Source: a virus (Duplodnaviria; Caudoviricetes). From it: a DNA stretch of 64,000 nucleotides. The stretch lies in IMG/VR virus record IMGVR_UViG_3300025087_000034. The stretch is one strand, 5' to 3'. Positions within the stretch are counted from its first letter, which is position 1, and each line of letters begins with the position of its first letter. Under the pieces are notes generated by a model. The model was not told the DNA's origin. It saw only the letters and a list, made by a program, of their open reading frames with translations, and searched no databases. The translations under genes were made by a program, and so were the position numbers. This document shows, in pieces, positions 46,883 through 56,890 of the stretch.

Positions 46883-47572
46883 TTAACTCTCCGCTATGAG
46901 CTTTCCTTTTTCTTGTCCGTGTATTTCATAGACTTTGTCATACCACCACTGGGTTTTTGTCTTGAATCTATGGATATTATGACCCGTTCCACCTTTGCCC
47001 ACCATCCCCTCCAATTGAGTACCCTTCATTTGGGCCCAGGGAGTTTCTTGACGAACACTTTCTATGTATTCATTATCCCACAATAGATTGCCTAAATATT
47101 CTATGTTTATCACTTCATGACCGTCAAAAAGTTTTACAAACTCTTTTGGGGATAACATCCCTCTTTTGTGTATATCTATATCTATTAATGTAAGATACTT
47201 TTTATCATCTTGTTGGTGCACACCAGCAAAGCTGTTGTTTCCATAGAATTCACAGAAGGCTACTATGTTCTCCCATCTATTGTCTATCGCAAGTTTTGTC
47301 AATGGTTCTATTAGAGTGTCATGAAATATTTTTATTGCGCCGCCAAAAATTAAGTCAGTACTATCAAAGAGTCTATGTCGAGTACCTAATTTGTAAAACC
47401 CTTGTTTTTTAGACCATTCAAATCTTAAATTTGAACCGTCTAGCTTGACAAATGTATAGAGAGTTAGTCTTGGTCCGCTATAGGTGTTATAGTTTGGTAT
47501 ATTTGGGTAGGATTTCAAATCTTTGAATACCTTTCGTAGTGTCTTTGAACATCCATTTCGAATGGTAGACAA
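46883..47572 (-). CDS. RNA ligase-like nucleotidyltransferase (Rnl family)
   Basis: Motif I KLDGSN, FCEFYG, motif IV EGMV, motif V FKTK. Confidence 0.75.
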   Translation of the reverse strand: MSTIRNGCSKTLRKVFKDLKSYPNIPNYNTYSGPRLTLYTFVKLDGSNLRFEWSKKQGFYKLGTRHRLFDSTDLIFGGAIKIFHDTLIEPLTKLAIDNRWENIVAFCEFYGNNSFAGVHQQDDKKYLTLIDIDIHKRGMLSPKEFVKLFDGHEVINIEYLGNLLWDNEYIESVRQETPWAQMKGTQLEGMVGKGGTGHNIHRFKTKTQWWYDKVYEIHGQEKGKLIAES

Positions 47573-47703
47573 TCAGGACATTCGTAGTAAGACATCTCTA
47601 TCTTTTCACCGTCTTCCGAATCTATTAAAATTAGCTTTCTTAGTACTTTTTTAATATTACATTTAGGGCAAGTATTAAATAGCAGGCATTTTAAGGTATG
47701 CAA
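47515..47703 (-). CDS. Small zinc-ribbon protein
   Basis: CPKC...CPDC. Confidence 0.4.
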   Translation of the reverse strand: MHTLKCLLFNTCPKCNIKKVLRKLILIDSEDGEKIEMSYYECPDCLPFEMDVQRHYERYSKI

Positions 47704-47728
47704 AAGTTTTTTCTTATTAAATTTCTTT

Positions 47729-47917
47729 TTAAGTCACTACTTCTTCTATCGTCCAGCCCTCTGGATTCAAATTGTGGCTATATTCTAATATAACACTGTT
47801 TTCTACAGAGATTTCTGCGGCTAGTCTTTTGATTTCTTCAACATTTGTATCGTCAGGAATAGAAACCTCTACTGTATTAACATGCACCTCTCTAGTACCA
47901 ACGTGATATTTTTTCAT
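47729..47917 (-). CDS. Hypothetical protein
   Basis: 62-aa ORF in the co-oriented run. Confidence 0.45.
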   Translation of the reverse strand: MKKYHVGTREVHVNTVEVSIPDDTNVEEIKRLAAEISVENSVILEYSHNLNPEGWTIEEVVT

Positions 47918-47941
47918 TTTAAGTTCCTTTTTTTCTTCTAG

Positions 47942-48313
47942 CTACAGATAGCTAACAACTTTGTCCAACGCTTCTTGTTGGCTTGACTCTCTTAAGTCTA
48001 GTTTTTTCAATAGAGGACGTATAGTTTTGAGAAGTAATCGACACTCTCGCCACCCCAAGACTATACGAATGTATGTGTATAGGCCCAGTTCTGTAGGAAT
48101 GTATTTAGCATTTGCATAACCACTAATAAATATTAGTCCTTTCAGGTTTACGTTGCATTCCCGACGTTTTACGGTATAACTAAAACATTTTTTACATTTT
48201 ACAGGTTGGCCGTAAAGAGGGTTATAGACCTGGATTTCAATCGCATATTTTTCCGGGGTTTTTCGAATAGACGAAGCTATAGCCCTAATCTCTGGTCTGA
48301 TTTTGAACCACAA
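47942..48313 (-). CDS. Hypothetical protein
   Basis: 123-aa ORF. Confidence 0.5.
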   Translation of the reverse strand: MWFKIRPEIRAIASSIRKTPEKYAIEIQVYNPLYGQPVKCKKCFSYTVKRRECNVNLKGLIFISGYANAKYIPTELGLYTYIRIVLGWRECRLLLKTIRPLLKKLDLRESSQQEALDKVVSYL

Positions 48314-48316
48314 TTC

Positions 48317-48559
48317 TTAAGACTCCTTTCTCGGTGAAAGTTTTCCCACAACAGTCACATTTATAGGGAAACTTTCCCATTCATACAAATGAATAAATGT
48401 CTCATAATGTTCAGCAAGTACTCTCAATTCCAATTTGGCATCTTCACCAAAACAACTTACACCGCAGCCTCCAAACCAGGGTTCGTGTCCAAACATTTCC
48501 ACAAAACCTCTTTGTACTGTTGTCGCTTGTTTAAGTTTTTCTACGTTATATCCTGGCAT
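48317..48559 (-). CDS. Hypothetical protein
   Basis: 80-aa ORF. Confidence 0.45.
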   Translation of the reverse strand: MPGYNVEKLKQATTVQRGFVEMFGHEPWFGGCGVSCFGEDAKLELRVLAEHYETFIHLYEWESFPINVTVVGKLSPRKES

Positions 48560-49278
48560 CTAGTTTTTTTCTTTTTATCGGACAAGAGTTTTACCACCTC
48601 AGAGTGTTCGTTCATAATAGCCCACCTAAGAGCCTCGTCTTCGTGAGCGTGTACGTCAGCTCCGTGCTCAAGAAGAAGTTTTACTATTTCAATGTGTCCG
48701 TACTCACTAGCCAATCTGAGAGCCTCGTCTTCGTGAGCGCGTACGTCAGCTCCGTGCTCAAGAAGAAGTTTTACTACTTCAAGGTGCTCGTTTTCACTTG
48801 CCCACCTAAGAGCTACGTCTTCTTGAACGTGTACGTCGGCTCCGTGCTCAAGAAGAAGTTTTACTACTTCAAGGTGCCCGTTTATACTAGCCCATCTAAG
48901 AGCAAGGTCTGTCTCAGCGTGTATGTTGGCCCCTTCTTGGATTAGTCTTTCTACCACCTCAACGGTAATCTTTTCTCTTTTCCCAAGAATAACCCTGGAA
49001 GCCCGCCACTTCTCAGGCTCTTTTTCAGGGTCTAGCACCATTTCTGCGTCGGTAGGAATGGTAACCTTTCTAAGCCAGGGTCCATAGCCTAAAAAGGCTA
49101 GAATGTCTTTCCTAGCGAAGTAAATTCCCCCTGGACAACAAGAACCTTCCTTCTCGAAAGGAATTGGGTCTACATTTAGACTAGTTTTGAATTGTAACCC
49201 GTTGTGGTTTTCTTTTTCGTTGAGAATTTTGTAGAAATTCAGGGGCCTTCCTCCAGAGTTCGAGTGGAAAAACGTCAA
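48541..49278 (-). CDS. Ankyrin-repeat protein (member 2), 30-aa repeats
   Basis: Same N-module; HGADVH.xED.ALRWASxxxHLEVVKLLLE units with 90-bp period (48651, 48741, 48831). Confidence 0.9.
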   Translation of the reverse strand: MTFFHSNSGGRPLNFYKILNEKENHNGLQFKTSLNVDPIPFEKEGSCCPGGIYFARKDILAFLGYGPWLRKVTIPTDAEMVLDPEKEPEKWRASRVILGKREKITVEVVERLIQEGANIHAETDLALRWASINGHLEVVKLLLEHGADVHVQEDVALRWASENEHLEVVKLLLEHGADVRAHEDEALRLASEYGHIEIVKLLLEHGADVHAHEDEALRWAIMNEHSEVVKLLSDKKKKTRCQDIT

Positions 49279-49811
49279 ATACTATTGTCTATAAAGGAAT
49301 ATTCTATTGACAGGACTGTGAATACTATTTTGTATCCTTCATACTTATGAATTTTTTGGTGGGTTATTTGTATCTTAGGCAGCTCTAACTTTAATCCCCT
49401 CTTAGAATAGTACTTTAGTATTTTTTGAGACACCTCTTCTAGTATTATTTCATCTTCTCCTTGAGTAAAAAAGACATATATAAACTCATTTTTACCGACT
49501 GGAAGACCTTTGGATTTGACTATTATAAAAGCATATTTTTCTTCTATAAAGGTATGTTCTATATTGCCGTCTTTTGGTAAGTATTTTTGTATGTTTTTAT
49601 TAAAGGAAAATGTCTTTATGGATTTCCTTAGGGGTTCTTTTTTAGCCGGCGAAATTTTTGGTGTGTTCGTTTCTATTTCTGGTGCACATTCGATCTCTAT
49701 TGTGGGAACTTTTATCTCTTCTGTGGGTTCTCTATTCAGATAAACAATTAACGGAATGAAAATACTAACTAAGACTATTAACATCAGTAGTAGAAAGGGT
49801 TTTGTGTGCAC
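49275..49811 (-). CDS. Membrane-anchored hypothetical protein
   Basis: N-terminal TM helix. Confidence 0.55.
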   Translation of the reverse strand: MHTKPFLLLMLIVLVSIFIPLIVYLNREPTEEIKVPTIEIECAPEIETNTPKISPAKKEPLRKSIKTFSFNKNIQKYLPKDGNIEHTFIEEKYAFIIVKSKGLPVGKNEFIYVFFTQGEDEIILEEVSQKILKYYSKRGLKLELPKIQITHQKIHKYEGYKIVFTVLSIEYSFIDNSI

Positions 49812-49812
49812 T

Positions 49813-50199
49813 TTAACTTCTCCAGCCTTTATAGTATGTTACCCACTCAACTTTGTTCTTGTTGGTAACCCGGTCCATAAAGCCACAAGCAGGACATAAC
49901 CACCCAGGGTGATATTCTGTGTGGAAGGGAAAACAATAGCCAGAAAGAAAGAACTCGGATGCTGCTACCATTTTTTGCGAGCCACAAGAAACACACTCTT
50001 TAAAACTATTATCAAATCCATAAATTAAGGAATTTGTTTTAGCTTCAAACTTTTGTGCCCACAAAAACCTATTCCTATGTTTGGTTACTATTTCAAGGCC
50101 ACATTCTGTACATACCCAACCAGGCACTCTTTCTGTTCCTATTTTAAGTTTAATATCTATTATTTTTGCGACCAAATCTCTTCCACACACACAATTCAT
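49813..50199 (-). CDS. Double zinc-ribbon protein (YgiT/MqsA-like ribbons)
   Basis: CVCG..WVCTECG and CVSCG..WLCPACG. Confidence 0.5.
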   Translation of the reverse strand: MNCVCGRDLVAKIIDIKLKIGTERVPGWVCTECGLEIVTKHRNRFLWAQKFEAKTNSLIYGFDNSFKECVSCGSQKMVAASEFFLSGYCFPFHTEYHPGWLCPACGFMDRVTNKNKVEWVTYYKGWRS

Positions 50200-50212
50200 C
50201 TCACCCTCCTAG

Positions 50213-50578
50213 TGGAGCCGCCGGGTATCGAGCCCGGGTCCATTGTATGCTCTGAAAATTTACCTTCTGCTACGGCTATCTTTGTCAAGAATTAAGTTCT
50301 TCCTATTTAGATAGGGGGGGACTTTACTTGACTTCATCCCCGTAAAACCTCTCTGCCTATAACTACCACTTGGTTGACAAGGCTGGTAGTAACCACCCCG
50401 TAGCTACTCTAGGCAGCCATACGAAGCTCGGGCTGCTTGGTTACCCTGGGGGTTCCGCCTAGCAAGTGCTTCGCGTAGTCTACAAGAGACTTGTCGGTTC
50501 GTTTTTGTTTTTCTATTTAAGGCATAGATGCCAGCCGGGTAAACTAACTTTACACCAATGTCGAATCTATTCGGCCCC
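50213..50578 (-). ncRNA. ssrA: tmRNA; predicted tag ORF 50510-50409 encoding KQKRTDKSLVDYAKHLLGGTPRVTKQPELRMAA
   Basis: 5' GGGGCCGAATAGATTCGAC, 3' GGACCCGGGCTCGATACCCGGCGGCTCCA, acceptor GGGGCCG/CGGCTCC with G3-U70, tag frame ends ...LRMAA-stop. Confidence 0.92.
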
Positions 50579-50584
50579 TTAAGT

Positions 50585-50824
50585 TTAAAGACCAGTAGAC
50601 CTAAATATATGCATACCTTTGTATTTTTTAGTTTCTTTCTCTACTATTTTAGTATTGATTCCTATTGGAAGACTAGCACAACTTCCCCAGTCCCTATAGA
50701 CCATATTTGTAGAATTACACCAAGGGCATTCTTCCGTAATAAATGAATAATAGTCTTGTTCCCACAGATCAAATTTGGGACAGCTTGGATTAGTACATTT
50801 GTATTCTATGTCAAAATTAGTCAT
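50585..50824 (-). CDS. Small zinc-ribbon protein
   Basis: CTNPSC...CPWC. Confidence 0.45.
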   Translation of the reverse strand: MTNFDIEYKCTNPSCPKFDLWEQDYYSFITEECPWCNSTNMVYRDWGSCASLPIGINTKIVEKETKKYKGMHIFRSTGL

Positions 50825-50980
50825 CTAAATTTTCCGAGGCAAAAATGTACATCTCTCTGCTTTTTCTACGCCTGTTTTTTTCTTTTCTTTTATCCATTCC
50901 ACTTTGTATATTATCTTCATACCAAGCTAAGGCTAATCCCTTTTTTTCTTTTTTCTTCTTTCTATTTCTCCCCATCAATT

Positions 50981-51358
50981 TCAACACTTTAGGATTTCTG
51001 ATTGTGTAGGTTTAGAATCTAGCCCAAAATTATACAGGGTTGTTCTCGCCTCATCAATCAAGCATATGACTGAGTATTCAAAATTATTGTTCATAGGGGT
51101 TCCGACTATTCCAAAAGAATAACACCATGTTTTAAGAGTACTAGAATGAAATTTCTTCACGTAGTAGGAAAATCCTCTGTATTCTTGTATTAATAGTGTT
51201 TCTTTCGCACTCTTTTTTATCGTATTAAGAGGCAACTCTACTCCGAAAAGAGGGCAAATAAAATAGGTTGTTCTTGCTTCTAGGGCGTCTAACAAAGAAA
51301 ATAGTAAGGCCTTAGTGTTCTTTGTCCACGATGTCGGAGTAATCTTCGAAAAGTTCAT
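50981..51358 (-). CDS. Hypothetical protein
   Basis: 125-aa ORF. Confidence 0.45.
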   Translation of the reverse strand: MNFSKITPTSWTKNTKALLFSLLDALEARTTYFICPLFGVELPLNTIKKSAKETLLIQEYRGFSYYVKKFHSSTLKTWCYSFGIVGTPMNNNFEYSVICLIDEARTTLYNFGLDSKPTQSEILKC

Positions 51359-51505
51359 CTGCTGACCAATTCCTTGGAAATTTGTTTGTATTTCTCTTGG
51401 GACGTTCCTTCCTAACTTTGTTCTTACTTCTGTACCCTTCCTCTACGTCCCTTCTGTCTTTTTGAGTCTTTCCCATCTCTAAATGTTTTCCTCCAAGAAT
51501 GTATG

Positions 51506-51985
51506 TTAGGCTTTTTTTTCGGTGCCTGTTATTCCAGATAAAAGCACCAGAAACCTTGTATAACTATCTTCTATGACTTCGACAACCCTTTTCATAGCAT
51601 ATTCATCAGCAAATGTATCCATATCTTTTTCATGCTCTTCAGGGTTCTCTATGAAGCCAACCAAGTGACCTGTCTCGTGAGCCAGTGCATATATTGCGGC
51701 CGTTTCATCTATTGAACTATTTATTCTAATTACGAACTTACCGTTTAGTCTCTCCTTTTCTTCTCCGGTCATACGAAGTAAACCACCAAGGTCTACAATT
51801 TGTCCATATAGTTTGGAATCTTCTGGAGAATCCTTATACCAAATATTTCTAGATTTCTCCATGCTTTGTTCGTCAACCAGGTAAACTCCTAATAGTGGTT
51901 TCTTCGCGTCCAATTCTCTATTAGGACCATATTGGGGAGGGACTATTATGGGGACCCATTTTTCCAAAAAAGAATTATCAAGCAT
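51506..51985 (-). CDS. HExxH zincin-like metallopeptidase (ImmA/IrrE-like)
   Basis: ALAHETGHL..E..AD.YA. Confidence 0.6.
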   Translation of the reverse strand: MLDNSFLEKWVPIIVPPQYGPNRELDAKKPLLGVYLVDEQSMEKSRNIWYKDSPEDSKLYGQIVDLGGLLRMTGEEKERLNGKFVIRINSSIDETAAIYALAHETGHLVGFIENPEEHEKDMDTFADEYAMKRVVEVIEDSYTRFLVLLSGITGTEKKA

Positions 51986-52039
51986 CTTTTTTCCTCGTCT
52001 ATAGATATAAATATGAAAATATTAATATTTTGTCAACCT

Positions 52040-52576
52040 TTAATATTCAATATTGTATTTGTCAAACTCTAATAATATATCTTCTAATATTACAGGAAAG
52101 AAGTCCCACGCATCAACACCAACATTTATCAGCAAAGTGTTTTCTCCAACCCTCTGGGATTTCCATTGTTGGTGTACATGTCCACACAACCAAACTGAAT
52201 TGGATATTTGTGCCCATGCAGGGTCATGCACCATATAAATCTCAAGTTTTGTGGTCAGTGAAACCCTTAGAGAGGTGTGAACACTAAAAAATCCCATATC
52301 ATGATAAGAGAAAGGTTTGAATTTATCGTGATTACCCAATATTAGGTGTTTTTTGCCAGGTAAAGAACTAAAAAGTGATACAAACTTTTCTTGATTACTT
52401 GGTCCATCCATAGTTAGGTCACCCAAAAAATAGACCTCATCTTTATCTGTTACTGTAGTGTTATATTTTTCCAATATGTCTGTGTTCATATGGTGGATAT
52501 TTGAATAGGGTCTTCCACAGTATTCTATAATGTTTCTATGATACAAATGCCAATCTGAAGTAAAAAAGGTACTCAT
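52040..52576 (-). CDS. Phage-type metallophosphoesterase
   Basis: TSDWH, FLGD, LGNHD, CGHVH, INVGVD. Confidence 0.9.
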   Translation of the reverse strand: MSTFFTSDWHLYHRNIIEYCGRPYSNIHHMNTDILEKYNTTVTDKDEVYFLGDLTMDGPSNQEKFVSLFSSLPGKKHLILGNHDKFKPFSYHDMGFFSVHTSLRVSLTTKLEIYMVHDPAWAQISNSVWLCGHVHQQWKSQRVGENTLLINVGVDAWDFFPVILEDILLEFDKYNIEY

Positions 52577-52762
52577 TAGTTAACTCCCATACTGGGAACT
52601 TCTCTTACATCTCACGAGTCCGCGTCTTTATTGCACCCTTTTTCCAATTCTTCTACCTTGGCTTTGACCGAGCACGAGAGAGGTTCCATAAACAAGCCAA
52701 TTGTGTATATAGCTAATAAAAGCAGGAGAAGACCCAAAGTTATGCATATACTATTATAGATT

Positions 52763-53332
52763 CTATTTCCCATCTAAGCTCCTTATGATTATTTCCAATA
52801 TTTTGGCTGTTTTTCTATTTGTATCATGTAATAAGGCTATGGTAGGTTTTCTACCTCCACGACTCCATCTTGCTATTTTGTCTACAATGTTTTGTTCGGA
52901 AGTTTTCCAGTGCCAATCTTTCGTATCTAAATCCCACATAAGGATACTCATGCCTAAGGATTTAACTTCTGAAAGCATGGCTTTAGTTCTTACTCCACAT
53001 GGAGGACGAAAATACAAGGGCCTAGCGCCTAGTTTTTCTTCAAACAATGTTTGTGCTTGTCTTATTTCCCATCTCTGTCTAGTAATCGATATTTTAGAAA
53101 AGTCGGGGTGATAGACAGAGTGATTACACATTATGTGTCCTTCCGCCAATATCCTTTTTGCTATTTTTAGTTTTTTCTTATCAAGAAGATTTCCTGCAGG
53201 AATACAAAATATTGCTTTTATTCCATTTTTCTTTAGTGTATCCAATATGATCGGAGTAGTCTCTATTTTGGGGCCATCATCAAAAGTAAATAGAAGTCCC
53301 CCGACTAGAAAGAGGGAAAGAAGGGGATCCAT
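52763..53332 (-). CDS. Polysaccharide deacetylase (NodB family)
   Basis: TFDDGP, NHSVYH, FRPPCG, WDLDTKDW, LLHD. Confidence 0.92.
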   Translation of the reverse strand: MDPLLSLFLVGGLLFTFDDGPKIETTPIILDTLKKNGIKAIFCIPAGNLLDKKKLKIAKRILAEGHIMCNHSVYHPDFSKISITRQRWEIRQAQTLFEEKLGARPLYFRPPCGVRTKAMLSEVKSLGMSILMWDLDTKDWHWKTSEQNIVDKIARWSRGGRKPTIALLHDTNRKTAKILEIIIRSLDGK

Positions 53333-53340
53333 ATTGCCTC

Positions 53341-53859
53341 CTACATAGAAATTTCATCTATTATATATTTTAAAACCAAGGTGTTGTGAATTCGATTCCG
53401 TGTTTCTGTTATTTTGTCCATAAAAATATCAATAGTCCAGGTGCCAGTGTTGGAGGGGACATCGTATAGTAAACGTAACATCTGTATAGGCCATTTACGT
53501 AAGTCTAGTCCATAATAACTATTAGTAGGAATTCCATTTATAGTTAGTAATTCTACATCATTAGAAAATTTAAATTTATAAACTGGTTTTGCCTTAGTGT
53601 TAATATTAGATATATTATAGTATTTTATTATATTATATAAGGAAGGTTCTATTGGATATATCATATTTCTATTGGGTAACTCTCTTATTATTGGATATAT
53701 TATTCTAGGCCCTATTAGATCAATTTGTTTATGAGTTAGGTCGATATTTGACACCACTCCTTCTATTGTTCTATTTATTGATTTATAATGTAGAGAAATC
53801 TTTTTTCCTAGTAGGCTTTTGTTTAACATTATGTATTTTTGGAACTTAGCATTCCCCAT
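53341..53859 (-). CDS. Hypothetical protein
   Basis: 172-aa ORF. Confidence 0.5.
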   Translation of the reverse strand: MGNAKFQKYIMLNKSLLGKKISLHYKSINRTIEGVVSNIDLTHKQIDLIGPRIIYPIIRELPNRNMIYPIEPSLYNIIKYYNISNINTKAKPVYKFKFSNDVELLTINGIPTNSYYGLDLRKWPIQMLRLLYDVPSNTGTWTIDIFMDKITETRNRIHNTLVLKYIIDEISM

Positions 53860-54104
53860 ATGACATTAGAATCTACTAGCTTATTTAATGAATTTTTATC
53901 TACTGGTTTTGATTTAGGAAGTCTTCCTTTTCCGCCCGAAATTTTTTTCAGGAAAACAATCATAGCAGTTGTATCATCTAGTTCCTCCGCCCTAACTAAG
54001 TATTTCCTATCACCATCAGTATAAATACAGATTATCTTATCTACCTGCTCTGGCATTTTGCTTCCTTTCTGGTTAAAACAACTAGGTAGTACTAGTATAG
54101 CCAA
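53829..54104 (-). CDS. Hypothetical protein
   Basis: ORF coupled to its neighbours; likely start MPEQVDK. Confidence 0.45.
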   Translation of the reverse strand: MAILVLPSCFNQKGSKMPEQVDKIICIYTDGDRKYLVRAEELDDTTAMIVFLKKISGGKGRLPKSKPVDKNSLNKLVDSNVIWGMLSSKNT

Positions 54105-54693
54105 AGTTGCTAATAGTTATTGTGTTCATACTGGTAAGTTCATCTAGACCAGGTATTATAGTGACACCTTGACTAATCGTGTTATCTATGCTAATAGTGA
54201 GAGGGGACTCCCAGGGAGTTGGGGGGATAAAAGCTGTGGTGTCTAGTTTATTTTTTTCATTATTAATACGACCAACACAATATTTATCCGAAAGATCTAT
54301 ATATCGTATGCCTGTTTCCAGACATAGGGACTTAAATCCTTTTCCTAGTTTACTATTACTATATAGTATCACCAAACCTAGATTAGACTCAAACAGACAT
54401 TTGAGTGATTGTGTTATTTTTTCTGTCAGTTTATTACTTTTTATTTTAAACATTTCCCCGATTTTTTTACTAAACAGAGTTGCCTCAGATTCCTGTCTTG
54501 GTACTACTTGGGCTGGCACTGAAAGCAAAGAAAGGAAATATTTGTCCAGAGAATTCAAACTAAAAGGAAAATTCATACGTATTGTATCTGGCATCATATG
54601 GCCACTGTTTATTAAAAGAGCCAAATTTTCGGTTACTTTTATCTCCTCCTCTGTAGGATCTATTTTTCCTATAAAAAGCAGGTTATATGGCAC
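54082..54693 (-). CDS. Hypothetical protein
   Basis: 203-aa ORF. Confidence 0.5.
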   Translation of the reverse strand: MPYNLLFIGKIDPTEEEIKVTENLALLINSGHMMPDTIRMNFPFSLNSLDKYFLSLLSVPAQVVPRQESEATLFSKKIGEMFKIKSNKLTEKITQSLKCLFESNLGLVILYSNSKLGKGFKSLCLETGIRYIDLSDKYCVGRINNEKNKLDTTAFIPPTPWESPLTISIDNTISQGVTIIPGLDELTSMNTITISNFGYTSTT

Positions 54694-54711
54694 TATTAAT
54701 TCCCTAGGGTG

Positions 54712-55665
54712 TTAAAGACCCCACTCTTTGTATAGATTATATGTCTTTCTACAACACTTATTAAATAACTTCATAGTTCCCTCACTCACTTCTTTAGAAA
54801 TATACTTCTTCCATAGGTTAGAGGCTGTCTTAAAATCTCCATTGTTTATAATGTCTACTACGGTTTGTTCTGGAATATTGTTGACCAAACCTTGTAAGCG
54901 TTTTTCTCTAACAATATCTACGGCATCCTCCGCCATAGAATAGACCAATTCCACTAATTTTGGGGATTGGGCCCAGTAATTACTTAGAGTACGATATTCT
55001 ACTCCATAACTAGTTGGGCGATGACAGCCGGCCTTTCCGTATAGTTTGCGTCTGTTTATAGAATCTTCTGAGTGGTCCATAATTGTAAATGGGATTCCTG
55101 CTACTATATCTAATGCTTTTATCACAGCTACCTTTCCATATGGATCCAATAAAAAGTCATTGCCTGAATCTTCTACATACCCTATGTGAAGATGCCCCCC
55201 ACAACTTCTAAAAGTCCTTTCTGTGGCACCAATAGGAACCTCGTTTCTCGTAAGTTTCCATGCATCATAGTCGGGCTCACACCCAAACTCACGGCACCTG
55301 GGGTCTAACAATTCAGATTCTGGAAACTCCGTCGAACCTATAGGGAGAACCAACAATCCTTCTGGAAGAGATTTGAACGCCTCTGCCATCGTATCTCTGA
55401 TTGCTTTCACAAAGTCTTGCACATTGTCCACGGGTGGCGTGGCGAATTCTAAGGCTACGTTATCATGAGTAACATTGCCTCCATTGGATAATATAGTTGG
55501 GTTATGCTTACTTCCCGATATAAACTTTATAGCCGATAAAAGATTGTTTTCCGCATCTCTAAGAAATAGCTCTGTGTCTGTTCCTACGGTTATATGAGAC
55601 ATATTCAATCCTTTTTCAAAAGTTGGAGTAGGTTCTTTTGCCAAATATCTCCAAACCTGGAGCAT
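54712..55665 (-). CDS. Third phiEco32-like COOH-NH2 ligase type 2
   Basis: TVGTDTELFL, DNVALEF, FGCEPDY, CGGHLHIG, YGVEYRTLSN. Confidence 0.88.
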   Translation of the reverse strand: MLQVWRYLAKEPTPTFEKGLNMSHITVGTDTELFLRDAENNLLSAIKFISGSKHNPTILSNGGNVTHDNVALEFATPPVDNVQDFVKAIRDTMAEAFKSLPEGLLVLPIGSTEFPESELLDPRCREFGCEPDYDAWKLTRNEVPIGATERTFRSCGGHLHIGYVEDSGNDFLLDPYGKVAVIKALDIVAGIPFTIMDHSEDSINRRKLYGKAGCHRPTSYGVEYRTLSNYWAQSPKLVELVYSMAEDAVDIVREKRLQGLVNNIPEQTVVDIINNGDFKTASNLWKKYISKEVSEGTMKLFNKCCRKTYNLYKEWGL

Positions 55666-56423
55666 TTAAAATCTTTGGGTTTAGACGCAGCATTTGTTAT
55701 AAAGGACACAATACCATTGTTATAGTGTATATAGTCTGTATCTTTTTCCTTTTTTTCTATTTCTGTATATGGGAGTTTAAAAATCTTGTTACTATTCTTT
55801 AATACGAACATTATTATATGGTCATCTAGATTAAACTTTATAGCTTTCTCCACTACATTTTTTAAATAGCCTTGATCGTTAGTCCATTTCCCTATTTTTT
55901 CTTTATCTATGCAAACATCAAGATAGTCCCTTATTTTTTCCCCTCCATATTGTTTCACTCCAGACAAGCGCCACAGCATAGTATAAATAGAAATCAAAAC
56001 AGTAGAACTAATCCATTTTTTAGTGGAAATTACCAAAAATACAGGTATATTTTCACTTTTGACACCAAGGTTTATTAGCTCAGATTTTTTCCAACTTAGT
56101 TCTGTTTCTATTTTGTTTAATAAATTAAGTTGTGCTTGTAGCCCTTCTTTATTTTCATATTTAATTAGTAAGTATGTTTTATCAGAGGGAATTTTTCCAT
56201 CCGTCGTTTGATTCCATGAGAAGTTATATATATTTACTCCGTCTTCTCGGTTGGAGGCTACCAGAGCATCTCCTAGAAAATCTCTACACAAGACAAACCC
56301 GTGCAGTTGTTTTATTTTAGTCTTTCCATCCCCTGTTTTATTGATTAAGCAAAAAGCAAACTGCATATTTACTTGCTGGTATATTTCTGCAAAAGAACCT
56401 GATTTAAATTCTATCTCGTACAT
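55605..56423 (-). CDS. Hypothetical protein adjacent to the ligase
   Basis: 272-aa ORF containing LCRDFLGD. Confidence 0.55.
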   Translation of the reverse strand: MYEIEFKSGSFAEIYQQVNMQFAFCLINKTGDGKTKIKQLHGFVLCRDFLGDALVASNREDGVNIYNFSWNQTTDGKIPSDKTYLLIKYENKEGLQAQLNLLNKIETELSWKKSELINLGVKSENIPVFLVISTKKWISSTVLISIYTMLWRLSGVKQYGGEKIRDYLDVCIDKEKIGKWTNDQGYLKNVVEKAIKFNLDDHIIMFVLKNSNKIFKLPYTEIEKKEKDTDYIHYNNGIVSFITNAASKPKDFKCSRFGDIWQKNLLQLLKKD

Positions 56424-56890
56424 CTGGTCTCCTTGGGATAGGAAAGACGATTCAAAAGTTCAAATATGAAATACTGATCAGGGGTCTTTAATGGGATGCC
56501 ATTCATAACACTTTCCCATAATTCCCTCTTTACTATATAGGGTATCCTGGAAGTAGGTCTACTTTTTTGAAATAAATCTACAACAACTGGTCTATTTATT
56601 CCTTTTTCTAGTAAAGAAAACTCTACGCATAAATGTTGCTCTGTCCACGTCTCTGGTATTTTTTTTATTCTTTGAAGATAGCTAAGCCCTGATTTCGTTA
56701 CAAAACATTCAAATACTATATTTATCTCCTTTTTATTCTTTGTTTCTATTCCATATTTATGTGGCGACAATTTTATTTTTTTCAAGTGTTTTAACAAGCT
56801 TGTATATTTTGGTATGGAGGTACTTTTTTCAGAGTCTAGGAGCAAATAGAATTTAGCAAGGACAAACGGCTCCAGAGTCTGTGTTAACAT
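56411..56890 (-). CDS. Hypothetical protein
   Basis: 159-aa ORF. Confidence 0.5.
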   Translation of the reverse strand: MLTQTLEPFVLAKFYLLLDSEKSTSIPKYTSLLKHLKKIKLSPHKYGIETKNKKEINIVFECFVTKSGLSYLQRIKKIPETWTEQHLCVEFSLLEKGINRPVVVDLFQKSRPTSRIPYIVKRELWESVMNGIPLKTPDQYFIFELLNRLSYPKETRCTR

